A stretch of DNA of 64,000 bases, from the NCBI GenBank assembly GCA_963830935.1, contig CAWHOC010000016.1, positions 13,852 to 77,851 of the forward strand, in the 5' to 3' direction. Positions 38,448-50,088 of the stretch are shown piece after piece (within the stretch, counting starts at the first letter, position 1; each line of letters begins with the position of its first letter). A program made the translations under genes and the position numbers. A model generated the notes under the pieces. The model saw nothing but the letters and a program-made list of their open reading frames with translations, made no database searches and had not been told where the DNA came from. The stretch is from an uncultured bacterium. Its GTDB lineage: Bacteria > Patescibacteriota > Minisyncoccia > UBA6257 > 2-01-FULL-56-20.

Positions 38448-38803
38448 TGCACGAGAAAAAGATGGCGATCGTGACGCCGAAGGAGGTTCCCGAGAAAGGA
38501 TTTTATTATCACTACAAGCACGACCCCGACGGGCCGGTGAACAATTATGCGTACGAAGTGATCGGCGTCGGCCATCACACGGAGGACTATCTTCCGATCG
38601 AGGATGTGTTGATGGTGGTATACCGCCCGCTCTACGAAGGCGAAGTGTATAAGGCGGGAAAACTGTTCGACCTGCGCCCGCTCAAGATGTTCATGGAATA
38701 CATCACGAAAGAGGGGAAGACATTTCCGCGATTCAAAAAGATCAGCGACGAGGCGGTGATAAAAGAGTTGGAGATAGTTCGGGCGAAGATGTACGGCGAA
38801 TAA
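38447..38803 (+). CDS. DUF1653 protein
   Basis: YYHYKHDP...YEVIGVGHHTE...VVYRPLY...RPLKMF. Confidence 0.55.
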   Translation: MHEKKMAIVTPKEVPEKGFYYHYKHDPDGPVNNYAYEVIGVGHHTEDYLPIEDVLMVVYRPLYEGEVYKAGKLFDLRPLKMFMEYITKEGKTFPRFKKISDEAVIKELEIVRAKMYGE

Positions 38804-38818
38804 AAGCCGCTGCCCGGA

Positions 38819-39375
38819 TTATAAAACTTTGAACGTAGAAAGTACTGATTCGTAAACCGGGATTCCACTATTTACCGCATTGGATTGGCACGTAAGTTCC
38901 ATGCTGGCAATTGATGTATTTGGAAGAAGAGCCCAAATCTCGTCATCGATGATGTTTGGTCGGTTTGTTGTGAGATTGGTTGCCGTAAGCGCCGGTAGTC
39001 CCGCAAGGGTGGCGATCGTTGTTTTTGCACCGCCTGAATCCTTGGAAACAATCTGATCCAGTGATTTCTTCTGAGGATTTGATTCGGCATTAATAAATAT
39101 TTCGCAAACTCCGTTGGATGTCTCCGGTGTTGGAACGGAGAAATAACCATATAGATAGATGAGGTAGTTATGACCGTCCACGTCGAGGGATATTGGATGA
39201 AAAATTTTGAGGGAAAGATATGTTTCCCAAGAATCTGAAATTGACAGCATGGTGCTCGTTTGGATACCCGAATATTGAGGGAATGTCGTGATTGGATCTG
39301 AAATTCGATATAAGCAGAAAGTCGAAACAGGGTAAGGGCTGCCATGATAAAACAATAGATCGCGGTAAAAAGCAC
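38819..39375 (-). CDS. low-GC secreted hypothetical protein; probable single frame break
   Basis: Signal-peptide-like start (MLFTAIYCFIMAALTLF) in one frame and the body in the other (ORFs 38872-39375 and 38819-39355). Confidence 0.3.
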
Positions 39376-39887
39376 CAGTTTTTTTACATATAAGTGTGGG
39401 CGGTACGGTGCTTTTTTTGCGGCTCAGCGAATAGCCATAGCATTACGAGCGCGAGAGCGATGTATCTCACGATCCCATGATCGTACTTGTCCGCTGAACG
39501 GAAGTTATGGTAATCGTTGTATTCGACAGTACCGCTAATACCAAGAAATTCCCAAGAAATAAAGTGCCCCGCCGATGATACCGATCACGAGAACGACTCG
39601 ATATGCCTTTTCCATGCGAGCCGCGAGTGTGGGATTCGACTGCGACTTTGGCGAAATAGCGAGCTCTTCCTGGGCTTTCAACATTAATCCGACAAGAATG
39701 GCCGAAGGCGGTAACGATGATCGCATGATTGATTGATCCAGGAGTTGATATAGGTGAATTCAGATGGCTGAAGATATGATGAGAAGTCGATTTGCCTGAT
39801 GAAAGACACAAGTGCGAATGAACGAATTAATGAGAAAAGATATTTTGTGTATTGAATACAGATGCATTACCGTTAATAACTAGCAAG

Positions 39888-40791
39888 TCACTCACTGTTC
39901 AAACTCTTTACTGTGAGAATCAGCAAACTCACGATCCCTATCGCGATACAGTAGATCGCGAACGGCGTGAGGTTGTTCGTCTTGAAATAGCGCGTGAGGA
40001 ATTTGACGGCGAACCACGCGGCGAACGCGGCGGCGGTGGCGCCCGCGAGCGAGACCTCGATGAGCGCGCTCCCGCCCGAGGTGAGCAACGGCGGGATCTC
40101 GAGGAGCGCCGCCGCGCCGATGATCGGCGTGGCGAGGAGGAAGGAATAGCGGAGCGAGTCCTCGTGCGAGAGCCCGACCATCAGGCCGCCCGCGAGCGTG
40201 GAGCCGGTGCGCGAGAATCCCGGGATGAGCGCGAGCACCTGGAGCAGTCCCACTTTCGCGGATTGCCAAAACGAGAGCCGGTGCGCGATGCGCGCGTCAT
40301 TGTTTTGTAAACTTTCCGTCGTTGATGCCGCCGCGCCAGCCCGCGCCACCGCGCGCTTACGTAGCCACTCGGCGAGCAGGAGCAGCACTCCGTTCAGCAT
40401 CAAAAAAAACGCGGCACTCGCCGGCAAGAGGAACCAGCCGGTGATTTGATCTTTTAAGAGCAGGCCGATTATTCCGGCGGGGATCGTGCTCACGATGAGC
40501 AGCCAGCCGAGCTTTGGCGTCCGGGTCGGCGTCGCTTATCTCGCGCCGCGCGAGCGAGCGGAAAATGCCTTTTATGATCCGCACCCAATCCTTAAAGTAG
40601 ATCACAAAGAGCACCGTCGCGGTGGCGAGGTGCGTGGCCACCAAAAATTCCAGGAACGTTTCGGCGTTCTGATTGATGTTCCACCCAAAGAGGCCGGGCA
40701 GGAGCACGGTGTGCCCCAAACTCGAGATAGGGAAAAGTTCGGTGATCCCTTGCGCGAGACCGAGGATGATCGCTTGGAGAAGGGTAAGCAT
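39888..40791 (-). CDS. uppP: undecaprenyl-diphosphate phosphatase; one frame break ~40480
   Basis: GITELFPISSLGHTVL at the N-terminus; C-terminal IPGFSRTGSTLAGGLMVG; pieces in two frames. Confidence 0.7.
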
Positions 40792-40826
40792 GATGGAGTG
40801 ATTAAAAAAATATTAAGCGTCGCTTG

Positions 40827-41843
40827 CTAAATTTCCATATCGCCGCGCGCTTCTATCTTATAGCGCTTCTTGCGGAGGTATGCCATATAGCCGGCGACGC
40901 CGATCATCGCGCCGTTGTCCAGATTGTATTTGAAGTTCGGCACGAGGAACGCGCAGCCGGCTTTCTTCGCCTCGCGGGCGAGCCGCGCGCGGAGCGCCTT
41001 ATTCGCGGCGACGCCGCCGGAGAGCATCACCGATCGTGCGCCGGATTCCCGCGCGGCGCGGATCGTCTTCTTGACGAGCACGTCGAGCGCGGCTTCCTGG
41101 AACGACGCAGCGACATCTTTTTTGGAGAACTTCGTGTGGTCGCGGATATAATAGAGCACCGATGTTTTCAATCCTGAAAAACTGAAGTCGTAATTCTTGT
41201 CGTGGAGCATCGGGCGCGGGAATGCGATCGCGTGCGGGTCGCCCCCGCGCGCGAGGCGTTCCACCTCCGGGCCGCCGGGATAGGGAAGTCCGAGCAGGCG
41301 CGCCACTTTGTCGAACGCTTCGCCCGCGGCGTCGTCGCGCGTCTCGCCGAGCCGTTTCCATTTTGAGAACGAATCAAGCTTGAGCAGAACGGTGTGACCG
41401 CCGCTCACGATGAGCGCGATGGCGGGAAAGATATTTTTTTGCGTGCCGGTTTTTTTCTGTTGTGATAAAAGAAAACTATACAAGTGCCCCTCCAAATGAT
41501 TTGCGCCCACGAGTGGTACACGATATTCCTTTGCAAGTGATTGCGCAAATGTGATGCCGGTCCAAAGCGCGGGCTCGAGGCCGGGGCCGACAGTGACGGT
41601 GATGAGATCGAACGTGAGGCGCGGATGCTTCGCGCGCAATTTCCCGAACAAGATCGGAAGATTTTTTAAATGTTCGCGCTTGGCGAGGTTGGGAACGACG
41701 CCGCCGAACTCGCGGTGGATGGGGATCTGCGTGGTGACGAGGTTTTCAATCACGCGTACGTGCGGCGCGCGAACGGTGCCCGACGCTTCAAGCAGGGCGA
41801 CGCCCGTCTCGTCGCACGAAGTTTCGATGGCGAGGATGTTCAT
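40827..41843 (-). CDS. tsaD: tRNA N6-adenosine threonylcarbamoyltransferase
   Basis: MNILAIETSCDETGVAL; metal-binding HLEGH; Kae1/Gcp pattern. Confidence 0.8.
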   Translation of the reverse strand: MNILAIETSCDETGVALLEASGTVRAPHVRVIENLVTTQIPIHREFGGVVPNLAKREHLKNLPILFGKLRAKHPRLTFDLITVTVGPGLEPALWTGITFAQSLAKEYRVPLVGANHLEGHLYSFLLSQQKKTGTQKNIFPAIALIVSGGHTVLLKLDSFSKWKRLGETRDDAAGEAFDKVARLLGLPYPGGPEVERLARGGDPHAIAFPRPMLHDKNYDFSFSGLKTSVLYYIRDHTKFSKKDVAASFQEAALDVLVKKTIRAARESGARSVMLSGGVAANKALRARLAREAKKAGCAFLVPNFKYNLDNGAMIGVAGYMAYLRKKRYKIEARGDMEI

Positions 41844-41849
41844 ATTTTC

Positions 41850-42233
41850 TTATTGTACAACCGAATTTGCATGATGGATAGAAAAAAAGGGGGCCGATGC
41901 GATCGACCCCTTTTGAATATTTCTAACCTTCACCGCGGGTTTGTCTTTCTTCCAAAACTGCCATGCGTTCCACCACCGCCTCGTCAGTGGCATTTTGCAC
42001 TGGAGGAGATTTTGTTGGAACGCATCAAATGACGTTTCCCCGGTCTTCGCGTCGCGAGGACAGATAATCGGTTTCCGATCGGCGTGTTGACGCGTGTTGG
42101 CCCGCTCCTGCGCCTGTCTCTGTTCCGCTGCCGCTCCCGGCGCCGAAAGGAGGATGATCACCATCCCGATCGTCCATACCCAAAAGAACACTTTCCGATT
42201 CCCCATGGCCATCTCCCTGGTGCCTAGCGTTCT
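41850..42233 (-). CDS. hypothetical secreted protein (boundaries uncertain)
   Basis: ORF with a hydrophobic N-terminus. Confidence 0.25.
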   Translation of the reverse strand, partial: RTLGTREMAMGNRKVFFWVWTIGMVIILLSAPGAAAEQRQAQERANTRQHADRKPIICPRDAKTGETSFDAFQQNLLQCKMPLTRRWWNAWQFWKKDKPAVKVRNIQKGSIASAPFFSIHHANSVVQ

Positions 42234-42452
42234 CACTAAAATGGTTATAGCCGAAAAAATTCAGTCGGTCAAATAGCGCCCTGATAGGACCAATGACATC
42301 CAACTGTTCATCCCATTCATCAAACATATTTTTGCGGCGGTGCGGCGTAGGTATCGACATAGCAATACCTCCTTCTTTTAAAATACTCCCACCGTTATAG
42401 CAGACCGATATTAAAAATATCTAAAATACCCACAATGATCGTGCCGCGCCCG

Positions 42453-43814
42453 CTACGAGCTCGTAATCGTCTGGATGTCCTGGGCGAAGGTCTGTTCCTG
42501 TTCCACCGTCGCTTCGCCGTACGTCCAGAGATAGCTCTTCCACGCGCCGCCGGCGTAATACTTCGCCGCGGTGCAGCGGTCGATGTCGATCTGCGCGCTG
42601 TAGACCGCCTGGCATCCCGTCATCGCGCCCTTCAAGTAGAGCGCCGTCGCCACGAACGCATCCGCGTTGCTCCACGGCGACGGGGGATTGTCGCCCGTGA
42701 TGGAAGTGATCTGCGAGACGTACAGCTCCCACGTGGATGGTTCGAACTGCGCCGGTCCCATCGCGCCGCCGTACACGCCGTCCGCGTTGGGGCACGACAC
42801 GAGCATGTTTACGGGATTCAGCCCGAGCTGAGCCACGATCTGCAGAAAGATCGGAATATTGGAAGGACTCATCGCTTTCTGATAACTGCATTGGCCCACG
42901 TTCTGCCCGAGCGCCGATTCGCGGTTGAGGATCGCGAGGATCAGCGCGGCATTCACGCCGGTCGCCTGCGACGCAACTTTTGCGTACTGATACGCCTGAC
43001 CGAAGGTAAGTGAACCGCCGCCGAGCAACTGGAAGATCTGATTGCGGATCTGCGCCGCGGTCTGCTTCGCCGCGGCGGCAAGCGCGGCTTTTGCCGTCGC
43101 GTCGCTCTTTGTGGCCGCGAGCAGTTGGGCCTGCTGAGCTTTGTTCGCCGTCACTTGCGCGGCCTGCGACGCGGCGTATTGCTCTGCCGTCGCTTCCGCG
43201 CTCTGCGATTGCGCGAGCTGCTGGTTCTGGTCCTGCAACTGCCCGGTCAGCGTATTCAATTGCGCGACGTCCGCGTTGAGGTTCGATTCGAAGAGCGAAA
43301 TATTCTCGGAGTCGTCCCACAGCGTGGAGATCTGCGGATCTTTCATGAACGATTGCAGGAACCCGGTCCGATCATTTTTATAGAGCGCGTTCAAAAGATT
43401 TCCCACCGATATTTTTTCTCCCGCGATCTGCCCCTGCGTGACGCCGATCTGCTGTGTGGTCTGTGTTATCTGACTGTCGATCTGTTTGAGCGTAAGGTTG
43501 ATCGCCTGGATCTGGAGATTCAATTTTGCGATCTGCGCGTTCAAGGTGTTGATCTGGCCGGTAAGCGTCGTGCCTTTTTGCTGATCCACGGCGATCTGGC
43601 CTTGGTACTGGTCGATCTGCGTCTGGAGCGCGGCGAGCTGGTTCTCAAGGTCCTGCTGTTTTTGCGCGGTGGTTTCGGTGGAACTGCTTGTCGTGGCTGT
43701 CTGCGCGAGCGCTCGTTCGATAATGATGGCGCCGCCCGTCGCGAGCATAAACAAAAATAGCATCGCCCCGGCGGCGGCAAAAAAATACGTGTGTTGTCGG
43801 ATAGCGCGCATCAC
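42453..43814 (-). CDS. secreted coiled-coil protein with C-terminal lysozyme-like/SLT peptidoglycan hydrolase domain
   Basis: Signal peptide; long Q/A/L-rich coiled coil; C-terminal ILNRESALGQN...GAMGPAQFEPSTW. Confidence 0.55.
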   Translation of the reverse strand: MMRAIRQHTYFFAAAGAMLFLFMLATGGAIIIERALAQTATTSSSTETTAQKQQDLENQLAALQTQIDQYQGQIAVDQQKGTTLTGQINTLNAQIAKLNLQIQAINLTLKQIDSQITQTTQQIGVTQGQIAGEKISVGNLLNALYKNDRTGFLQSFMKDPQISTLWDDSENISLFESNLNADVAQLNTLTGQLQDQNQQLAQSQSAEATAEQYAASQAAQVTANKAQQAQLLAATKSDATAKAALAAAAKQTAAQIRNQIFQLLGGGSLTFGQAYQYAKVASQATGVNAALILAILNRESALGQNVGQCSYQKAMSPSNIPIFLQIVAQLGLNPVNMLVSCPNADGVYGGAMGPAQFEPSTWELYVSQITSITGDNPPSPWSNADAFVATALYLKGAMTGCQAVYSAQIDIDRCTAAKYYAGGAWKSYLWTYGEATVEQEQTFAQDIQTITSS

Positions 43815-43900
43815 TCTATAAGAATACTACGAAAGGAAATAAAAAGTTGCGGATTTTCCGCGCATCCCTTAGTATCAGCAGAGCAGAGGAGCCATCGGTC

Positions 43901-44812
43901 ATGCCGAGTAAAGATGTATCATCCCAATCGCTCAACGCGTATAAGCGCGACCTCCAACAATACCCACGCACAGTAAGCCCAAAGGACGTGGTCAAGATCG
44001 CGAAACAATACCGAAAGACGAGGTGCGTCGAATTCCGTGACCAACTTGTTTTTTCGGCAGCCCCCTGGGTCATCCACCTTGCCTGGAGATATGCCAACGC
44101 TTATGGAGTTCCCGAACTTTTAAACGACCTGATCCAGGAAGGCAATATCGGGCTTCTCCGAGCAGCACTGAAGTACGACCATCGGCGCGGATGCACCTTT
44201 ACCACGTACGCGACCAATTGGATCCGTGCCATGATACTGGATTTTATCCTCATCGGCGGCCAAATGCTCTATCGTCCACGTAACATCCGCGTGAAGTGTG
44301 CGAAATTACGGAAGATGGTCGCTCTCTTAAAAGAACGATTGGGAGAGTTGCCGACGGATGAACAGATCCTTGCCTCCGGCATCAGCGCCAAAGACCTCAA
44401 GGTGCTATCTCTCGCGAATCCTGAAACCCTCTCCCTCGATGAGGTGGTCCATTCGAGGCCGTACGGATCGACGGATGTGACGCTCGGCGACACCATTCCC
44501 GATCCTATAAGTACCAAAGCGATGGCGTATGGTGCCGAAAGCGCCGATCTCCAATCAAAGATCGCCGAGTTCGTCTCCCGGCGTTTCAGCGAACAGGATG
44601 CCGGCATTCTCAAGATGCGCTTCGGTTTTCTGGAATGGGATGGCGAGCACACGTTTCCGGAGATCGCCAATCATTTTGGAGGATCGCCGGGATACGCGCA
44701 GCAACGCCTCTCGAGGGTTTTGCGGGATCGCAACTTCCGTCAGTTCATCGACCACACCTTGTTCACCGTTCACACGCCCCACGTTCCATCCTCGCTGGCC
44801 GCCGCTGGCTAG
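43901..44812 (+). CDS. RNA polymerase sigma-70-family factor
   Basis: Region 2 ...TFTTYATNWIRAMILDFI; region 4 HTH FPEIANHFGGSPGYAQQRLSRVLR. Confidence 0.65.
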   Translation: MPSKDVSSQSLNAYKRDLQQYPRTVSPKDVVKIAKQYRKTRCVEFRDQLVFSAAPWVIHLAWRYANAYGVPELLNDLIQEGNIGLLRAALKYDHRRGCTFTTYATNWIRAMILDFILIGGQMLYRPRNIRVKCAKLRKMVALLKERLGELPTDEQILASGISAKDLKVLSLANPETLSLDEVVHSRPYGSTDVTLGDTIPDPISTKAMAYGAESADLQSKIAEFVSRRFSEQDAGILKMRFGFLEWDGEHTFPEIANHFGGSPGYAQQRLSRVLRDRNFRQFIDHTLFTVHTPHVPSSLAAAG

Positions 44813-44847
44813 TCATCCCGCAGTTCTTACTGCGGGTTTTATTTTTG

Positions 44848-44922
44848 TGGTAGCTCCAGCGGGAATCGAACCCGCATTTACGCCGTGAAAGGGCGCCGTC
44901 CTAACCATTAGACGATGAAGCC
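44848..44922 (-). tRNA. tRNA-Glu (UUC), CCA encoded
   Basis: Hand-folded: acceptor ggcttca/tggagct, anticodon loop cTTTCAc, T-arm gcggg-ttcgatt-cccgc. Confidence 0.7.
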
Positions 44923-45018
44923 ATGCCGCGAACGCGAATACTTTGCCGCGCCATCGGTCCGTCCGCGATGATGCTATAATAGAATAAAATTGGGATTTCT
45001 GCTAGGGTTACCAACGTC

Positions 45019-46552
45019 ATGAAACGTTTCTTTGAGATGGTGCCGGGAATTTTGGCGTGGCTCACGCTCATCTTTATGGTGCTCTTCTCGTGGCTTCTGC
45101 CGGTGTGGGTGTCCATTTTTATTATTCTGTTCGATATCTACTGGGTGATGAAGACCGTGTATCTTTCGCTTCACCTGCGCGCGACGTTTATGGAGATGCG
45201 GCGTGTGATGAAGATTGATTGGCTCGCGGAGATCCGCGGCGAATTTCCGGAAGGCGACGCGATCGTGGCGGGCGCGGTCTCCGAACAGGGCGCGGCCCAC
45301 ACTTTCGGAAATATATCACCTCGTGATCTTGCCGATGTACGACGAGCCGTACGAGGTCGTGCGGGAAAGTTTTGCGTCGCTCACGCGCGTCAATTACGAC
45401 AAGAAGAAGTTGTTGGTGGTGCTCGCACTGGAGGAGCGTGCGGGGGACGCTGCGCGGGAGACGGGACAAAAATTGCGCGACGAATACGGCGCCGCGTTCG
45501 GGAAATTTTTGGTAACGCACCACCTGGCGGGATTACCGAATGAGATCCCGGGCAAGGGATCAAACGAGGCGTGGGCCGGTGCGCAGGCAAAGCGCGAGAT
45601 CGTTGACGCGATGAAGCTCCCGCCCGAGAACGTGCTCGTGTCGGTGTTCGACATCGACACGCAGGTCTTCCCGGAATATTTCAGCCGGCTCACGTATGTA
45701 TTCCTGAAGGCGGAGAATCGCACGCGTGCGATCTATCAACCGATCCCGCTTTTCACCAACAACGTGTACGAGGCGCCGATGCTCGCACGCGTCGTCGCGT
45801 TCTCCACGACATTTTGGCAGATGATGCAACAGTCGCGGCCGGAGCGTCTGACGTCGTTCTCGTCGCAGTCCATCCCGCTCAGCACGTTGCTCGACATCGG
45901 CTGGTGGGATAAGACGATCGTGTCCGAGGACTCGCGTATTTTCTGGCAAGGATATTTGCGCTATCACAGCGATTTCCGCGTGGAGCCACTCTTTTATCCG
46001 GTCTCAATGGACGTCAACGTCGCGCCCACGTTCTGGGCGACGATGAAGAATATTTATAAGCAGCAGCGGCGATGGGGATGGGGCGTGGAAAATATTCCGT
46101 ACATGTTGGACGGGTTCCGGCACGACCCGCAGATCCCGGATAGTAAAAAAAGATATTGGACGTTCAACTCGCTCGAAGGATTCCACTCGTGGGCCACGAA
46201 CTCGCTCATCATCTTCGCGCTCGGCTGGCTGCCGCTCGCGCTCGGTGGACGACACTTCGGGCACTCGGTGCTCTCATATAACCTACCGCACATCACGCGG
46301 TTCATCGTCACATTGTCCATGATCGGCGTCGCGTCCTCGGCGATCTTGAGCGTGATGCTCCTGCCCGAGAAGCCGGGCGGATTGCGCGCGAAGGATTATT
46401 TGATCTTTGTTCTGCAATGGATATTGATGCCGTTCACGCTGATCATCTTCGGCGCGTTCCCGGGGCTCGAGGCGCAGACGCGGCTGATGCTCGGCGGACG
46501 CTTCCGGCTTGGCTTCTGGGTGACGCCGAAAGGGAGATATGAGAAGAAATAA
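45019..46552 (+). CDS. family-2 glycosyltransferase (processive, cellulose-synthase-like) with N-terminal TM segment; one frame break ~45290
   Basis: QQRRW motif, DIDTQ, multiple TM helices. Confidence 0.6.
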
Positions 46553-48890
46553 TTATTCTTGATGCACCCGCGCGCGGAATTCTTCCACTTTTTTTCGTAA
46601 CGCTATATTTTTTTTGAACTGCGGATCCGTAGTGACGGCTTTGATCGCCGCTTCGCGCGAATGTTTGACGAGCTCCGGATCTTTGAGCGCTTCCATCGCG
46701 ACGTCGGGGAGTCCGGTCTGCACGTTGCCGAAGAATTGGCCCGGGCCGCGCAACGCAAGATCATGTTCGGCGAGCTCGAAACCATTTTTTGCCTCGAGAA
46801 TCGCTTTGAGGCGCGCGTTCGCGATGGCCGCTTGGGAGTCGGCCATTAAAAAACAGTATGACTGATACTCGCCGCGCCCGACGCGGCCCCGGAACTGATA
46901 GAGTTGGGCGAGGCCGAACCGGTCGGCACCTTCGATCATCATGATGGACGCGTTCGGCACGTCCACGCCAACCTCCACCACCGACGTGGCGACGAGAATG
47001 TCGAACTCCTTATCCTTAAAGCGGCGCATCACATCTTCTTTTTCTTTCGGCTTCATCTGGCCGTGGAGCATCGCGATGCGCAGGTCGGGAAAGATCTTCG
47101 TGGTGAGCTTTTCATATTCCTCTTTGACGGATTTCAGTTCCAGTTTTTTGACGAACGCGGCTTTGCCGCCGGGCACTTTCGTCACTTCCTCTTCCTCCGG
47201 CGCTTCGATGCGCGGGCAGATCACGAACGCCTGGCGCCCCTCTTTTATTTGCTCGCGAATAAAGTTGTATGTGGCGGTGCGCTTGAGCGGCGCCACGATC
47301 TCGGTTTTGATCTCCTTGCGCCCAACGGGCAGCTCCGTAATGAGCGAAAGGTCAAGGTCGCCGAACACGGAGAGCATGAGCGTGCGCGGGATCGGCGTTG
47401 CGGACATGCTGAGGAAGTGGGGGATGGGCGCGCGCGCCGTGCCATTCTTTGCCGCCGCCGTTGCCGTTGGCTCCGCCGTGCGCACCGCTCTTCCGCGCGT
47501 TCAGCTCCGCGCGCTGGCGCACGCCGAACCGGTGCTGTTCATCTATTATTACGAGCCCGAGCGAAGCGAACTCCATCGCTTTTTGGATGAGTGCGTGCGT
47601 GCCGAAAATGATGGACACTTCGCCCGCGGCAACTTTCCTATAAAATTCGGGCTTGGATATTTTTGACTCCAATTCCTTGCCGTAAAAAATATGAGCACTG
47701 CTGCCGGTGATGAGTCCGACGGCGGGTTGCGGGGTGCCGGTGCCATCATCACCTAGTGCGAGCGTGGTGAATAGTTTTCTCATTGTCTCGAAATGCTGCC
47801 GCGCCAGAATTTCAGTCGGCGCCATAAACGCGGTCTGGAGCCCGTTCTCCGCGGCGATCACCGCCGCAACCGCCGCAACGACGGTTTTGCCCGAGCCGAC
47901 GTCGCCCTGCAGGAGTCGGTTCATCGGTCGCGCTTTCTCGATATCTTTGATGATCTCCCAGAGCGATTGCTTCTGCGAATGCGTGAGCTCGAAGGGAAGC
48001 TTGGCGAGCATCGATTTCACGCGCTCGATGTCCGCCTTGATGACGGGCGCGGATTCCTGCGCGAGCTTCATCTTCTGCTGCATGTTCAAAATTTGCAAAA
48101 GGAACAGTTCCTCGAACGAGAACCGCGCGCGCGCGGCGGTGGCGTCCTCGATGTGGCGCGGGAAGTGGATGGAGTGGATCGCTTCGTTTAATTCCGGAAA
48201 TTGGAACTCCACTAAAATTTCCGCAGGGATCCATTCTTTCATCACCGGATTTTTATGGAAGAGCGATTGCGTGACGAAGCGGATGCCGCGCGAGGTGAGT
48301 CCGCGGGTCTCGGGATACACCGGCACGAGCCGCGCGGTGTGGCTCATCTCCTGTCCGCCGCGGTCGCCCGCGCGCTCGCGCAGGTGGATCATCTCATAGA
48401 CGGGATTGTTCAAATAAATTTCGCCTTCCTCCGACACGGAAGCTTTTCCGGCGAGGTTCACCGTGCGGCCGGTCTTCAGAACGTTCGCCACGTACGGCTG
48501 GTTGAACCACACCGCGCGGATGGATCCCGATTCGTCCGCGATCGTCGCTTCCACGATGCTCATCGCGCGGCGCCAGCTGCGTTTGCTTTGGATCTCCTCC
48601 ACGACACCCGTGATGGTGGCTTGTTGTCCGGGCTCAAGCTCGGCGATGGGATACACTTTTGTGAAATCCTCGTAGCGGGTGGGAAAGTGCCAGAGAAGAT
48701 CGCGAACGGTCTTGATGCCCATCTTCTCGAGACGGCGCAAAGCGGGAACTCGTGCTCCCACAACCTCGAAGAGCGGTGTGTCGGGCGCTATCTGAAGCAT
48801 TGATTTGCGAATAGTATAGCATAACGGGCAGAAGAAGAACACACATGCCTTTGAAAGGTGTCTCGGAAGCGCGAAGGCGCTGAGAGCCAA
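46553..48890 (-). CDS. recG: ATP-dependent DNA helicase RecG; one frame break ~47445
   Basis: LLQGDVGSGKTVVA, IIDEQHRFGV, then MSATPIPRTL and helicase C-terminal motifs in the other frame. Confidence 0.8.
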
Positions 48891-48935
48891 GGCGCGCGGC
48901 CAGCAGGTGACCGTTCGGCGAGAAGGATATTCTTT
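48843..48935. repeat. composite repeat: family B copy 2 (inverted orientation) fused to a family A-like segment, directly 3' of tRNA-Lys
   Basis: cacatgcctttgaaaggtgtctcggaagcgcgaaggcgctgagagccaagg is the reverse-complement homolog of 55806-55890, followed by caggtgaccgttcggcgagaagg. Confidence 0.55.
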
Positions 48936-48944
48936 TGTTCACGG

Positions 48945-49017
48945 TGCCCCCACCAGGACTCGAACCTGGGACCTTCCGATTAAGAGTCGGCGGCTCTACC
49001 AACTGAGCTATAGGGGC
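48945..49017 (-). tRNA. tRNA-Lys (CUU)
   Basis: Hand-folded: gcccctaTAgctcagttggtagagc D-arm, anticodon loop cTCTTaa, T-arm ccagg-ttcgagt-cctgg. Confidence 0.7.
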
Positions 49018-49060
49018 GATATCAAAGATATTCTATGAAGTATGGAAAGAAAATGCAATC

Positions 49061-49123
49061 GGCAAAAGATATCCTCCTTGCCGAACGATCATCTGCCTGG
49101 AGGCGAGAGGGATATCTTTTGCC
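49061..49123. repeat. family A copy 3 (inverted orientation) flanked by 17-bp inverted repeats
   Basis: Arms ggcaaaagatatcctcc and gagggatatcttttgcc; core gccgaacgatcatctgcctggaggcg. Confidence 0.6.
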
Positions 49124-49129
49124 ATGAGC

Positions 49130-49657
49130 TTAGTACCACTCTTGATGTTTCAGCGCTGCCAACGCGATGATCGCCGCCGGGAGGTAATATTCCGTGCGGT
49201 CGATCGCGCCGTCGGTGAGGTGGCCGATCGCGCCGATGCCCTGCTTTGAATTCGTGCTGTTGAAAAACTTGTCGGCCGCGTGCCCGAGTTCCATGCCATC
49301 CTCAATATATTTTTTCAGTTGCTTGGGCAGATAAAATTGCGCGGTTGATGATTCCCCGATGAATCCACTCTGGTCGGTCACGAGGATCCATGCCCGTTCG
49401 AACATGCGATCGTTCTCGCGGCAGAGTCCGCCCTCCTGGCTTATATAAAAATCCGCATCGGGATGATGCTCCATGATATAGCGCAGGCGGTTCTCCGCGC
49501 CTCTCCGCGTTTCCTCTTCCATCGGTTGCTCCGCCACTCCCGACTTGGATTTTATTCCGACGAAGCGGAATTGTTCATCGGGAAAGATCGCGGCAAACGC
49601 CCGTTTGGCCACCTCGATCTTCACCGGATTTTCCGACGCGACGATGACGGATCTCAT
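49130..49657 (-). CDS. inosine/xanthosine triphosphatase (YjjX/DUF84 family)
   Basis: IVASENPVK...TRRGAENR...ISQEGG pattern. Confidence 0.55.
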   Translation of the reverse strand: MRSVIVASENPVKIEVAKRAFAAIFPDEQFRFVGIKSKSGVAEQPMEEETRRGAENRLRYIMEHHPDADFYISQEGGLCRENDRMFERAWILVTDQSGFIGESSTAQFYLPKQLKKYIEDGMELGHAADKFFNSTNSKQGIGAIGHLTDGAIDRTEYYLPAAIIALAALKHQEWY

Positions 49658-49838
49658 CCGCTCATTATATCATCTAAAAAAATAAATAAATAAAATAATC
49701 TCTCCCGCCAGGAGTTTCACGTCGCTCGCCGTTGCGGCTCCCTCCTTGAGAACCCACGGTTCTCAAGGCTCTCCTCCACGGAAGGGGCAGCCTGCCCCTT
49801 CCGACCCATCCCCCCGTTCAACTTCTGCCGGAGAATAG

Positions 49839-49939
49839 GTAGAAAAATAAAGGAGAGGTATTGAGCGAGTGGACGTGCCCCACGGGACTTCCTTCGGTCG
49901 CTTACGTCGGAGCGAAATACCTCTCCTTTGTTTTTCTAC
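49839..49939. repeat. structured repeat, family C copy 2: same ~53-nt core as 18582-18634, closed by a different 24-bp helix, abutting the tRNA-Arg 3' end
   Basis: Arms gtagaaaaataaaggagaggtatt and aatacctctcctttgtttttctac; core GAGCGAGTGGACGTGCCCCACGGGACTTCCTTCGGTCGCTTACGTCGGAGCGA. Confidence 0.6.
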
Positions 49940-49942
49940 TTG

Positions 49943-50014
49943 TGCCCCCGCCAGGAGTTGAACCCAGACTTCATGGTTCGAAGCCATGCGTGATATCCGT
50001 TTCACTACGAGGGC
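49943..50014 (-). tRNA. tRNA-Arg (UCG)
   Basis: Hand-folded: acceptor gccctcg/cgggggc, anticodon stem catgg/ccatg with loop cTTCGaa, T-loop ttcaact. Confidence 0.65.
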
Positions 50015-50088
50015 GTTGCGCCGATTGCGCCACGAATGCGGCAATCGCGCGTATATATAGTGTACGCTCTAATGCTACAATTACTCCT

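Noticed and set aside
49861-50088. N-terminal 76 codons of ORF 49861-50772
   Set aside because: They run across the minus-strand tRNA-Arg and the family-C repeat; the conserved M50 protease starts at the ATG at 50089.
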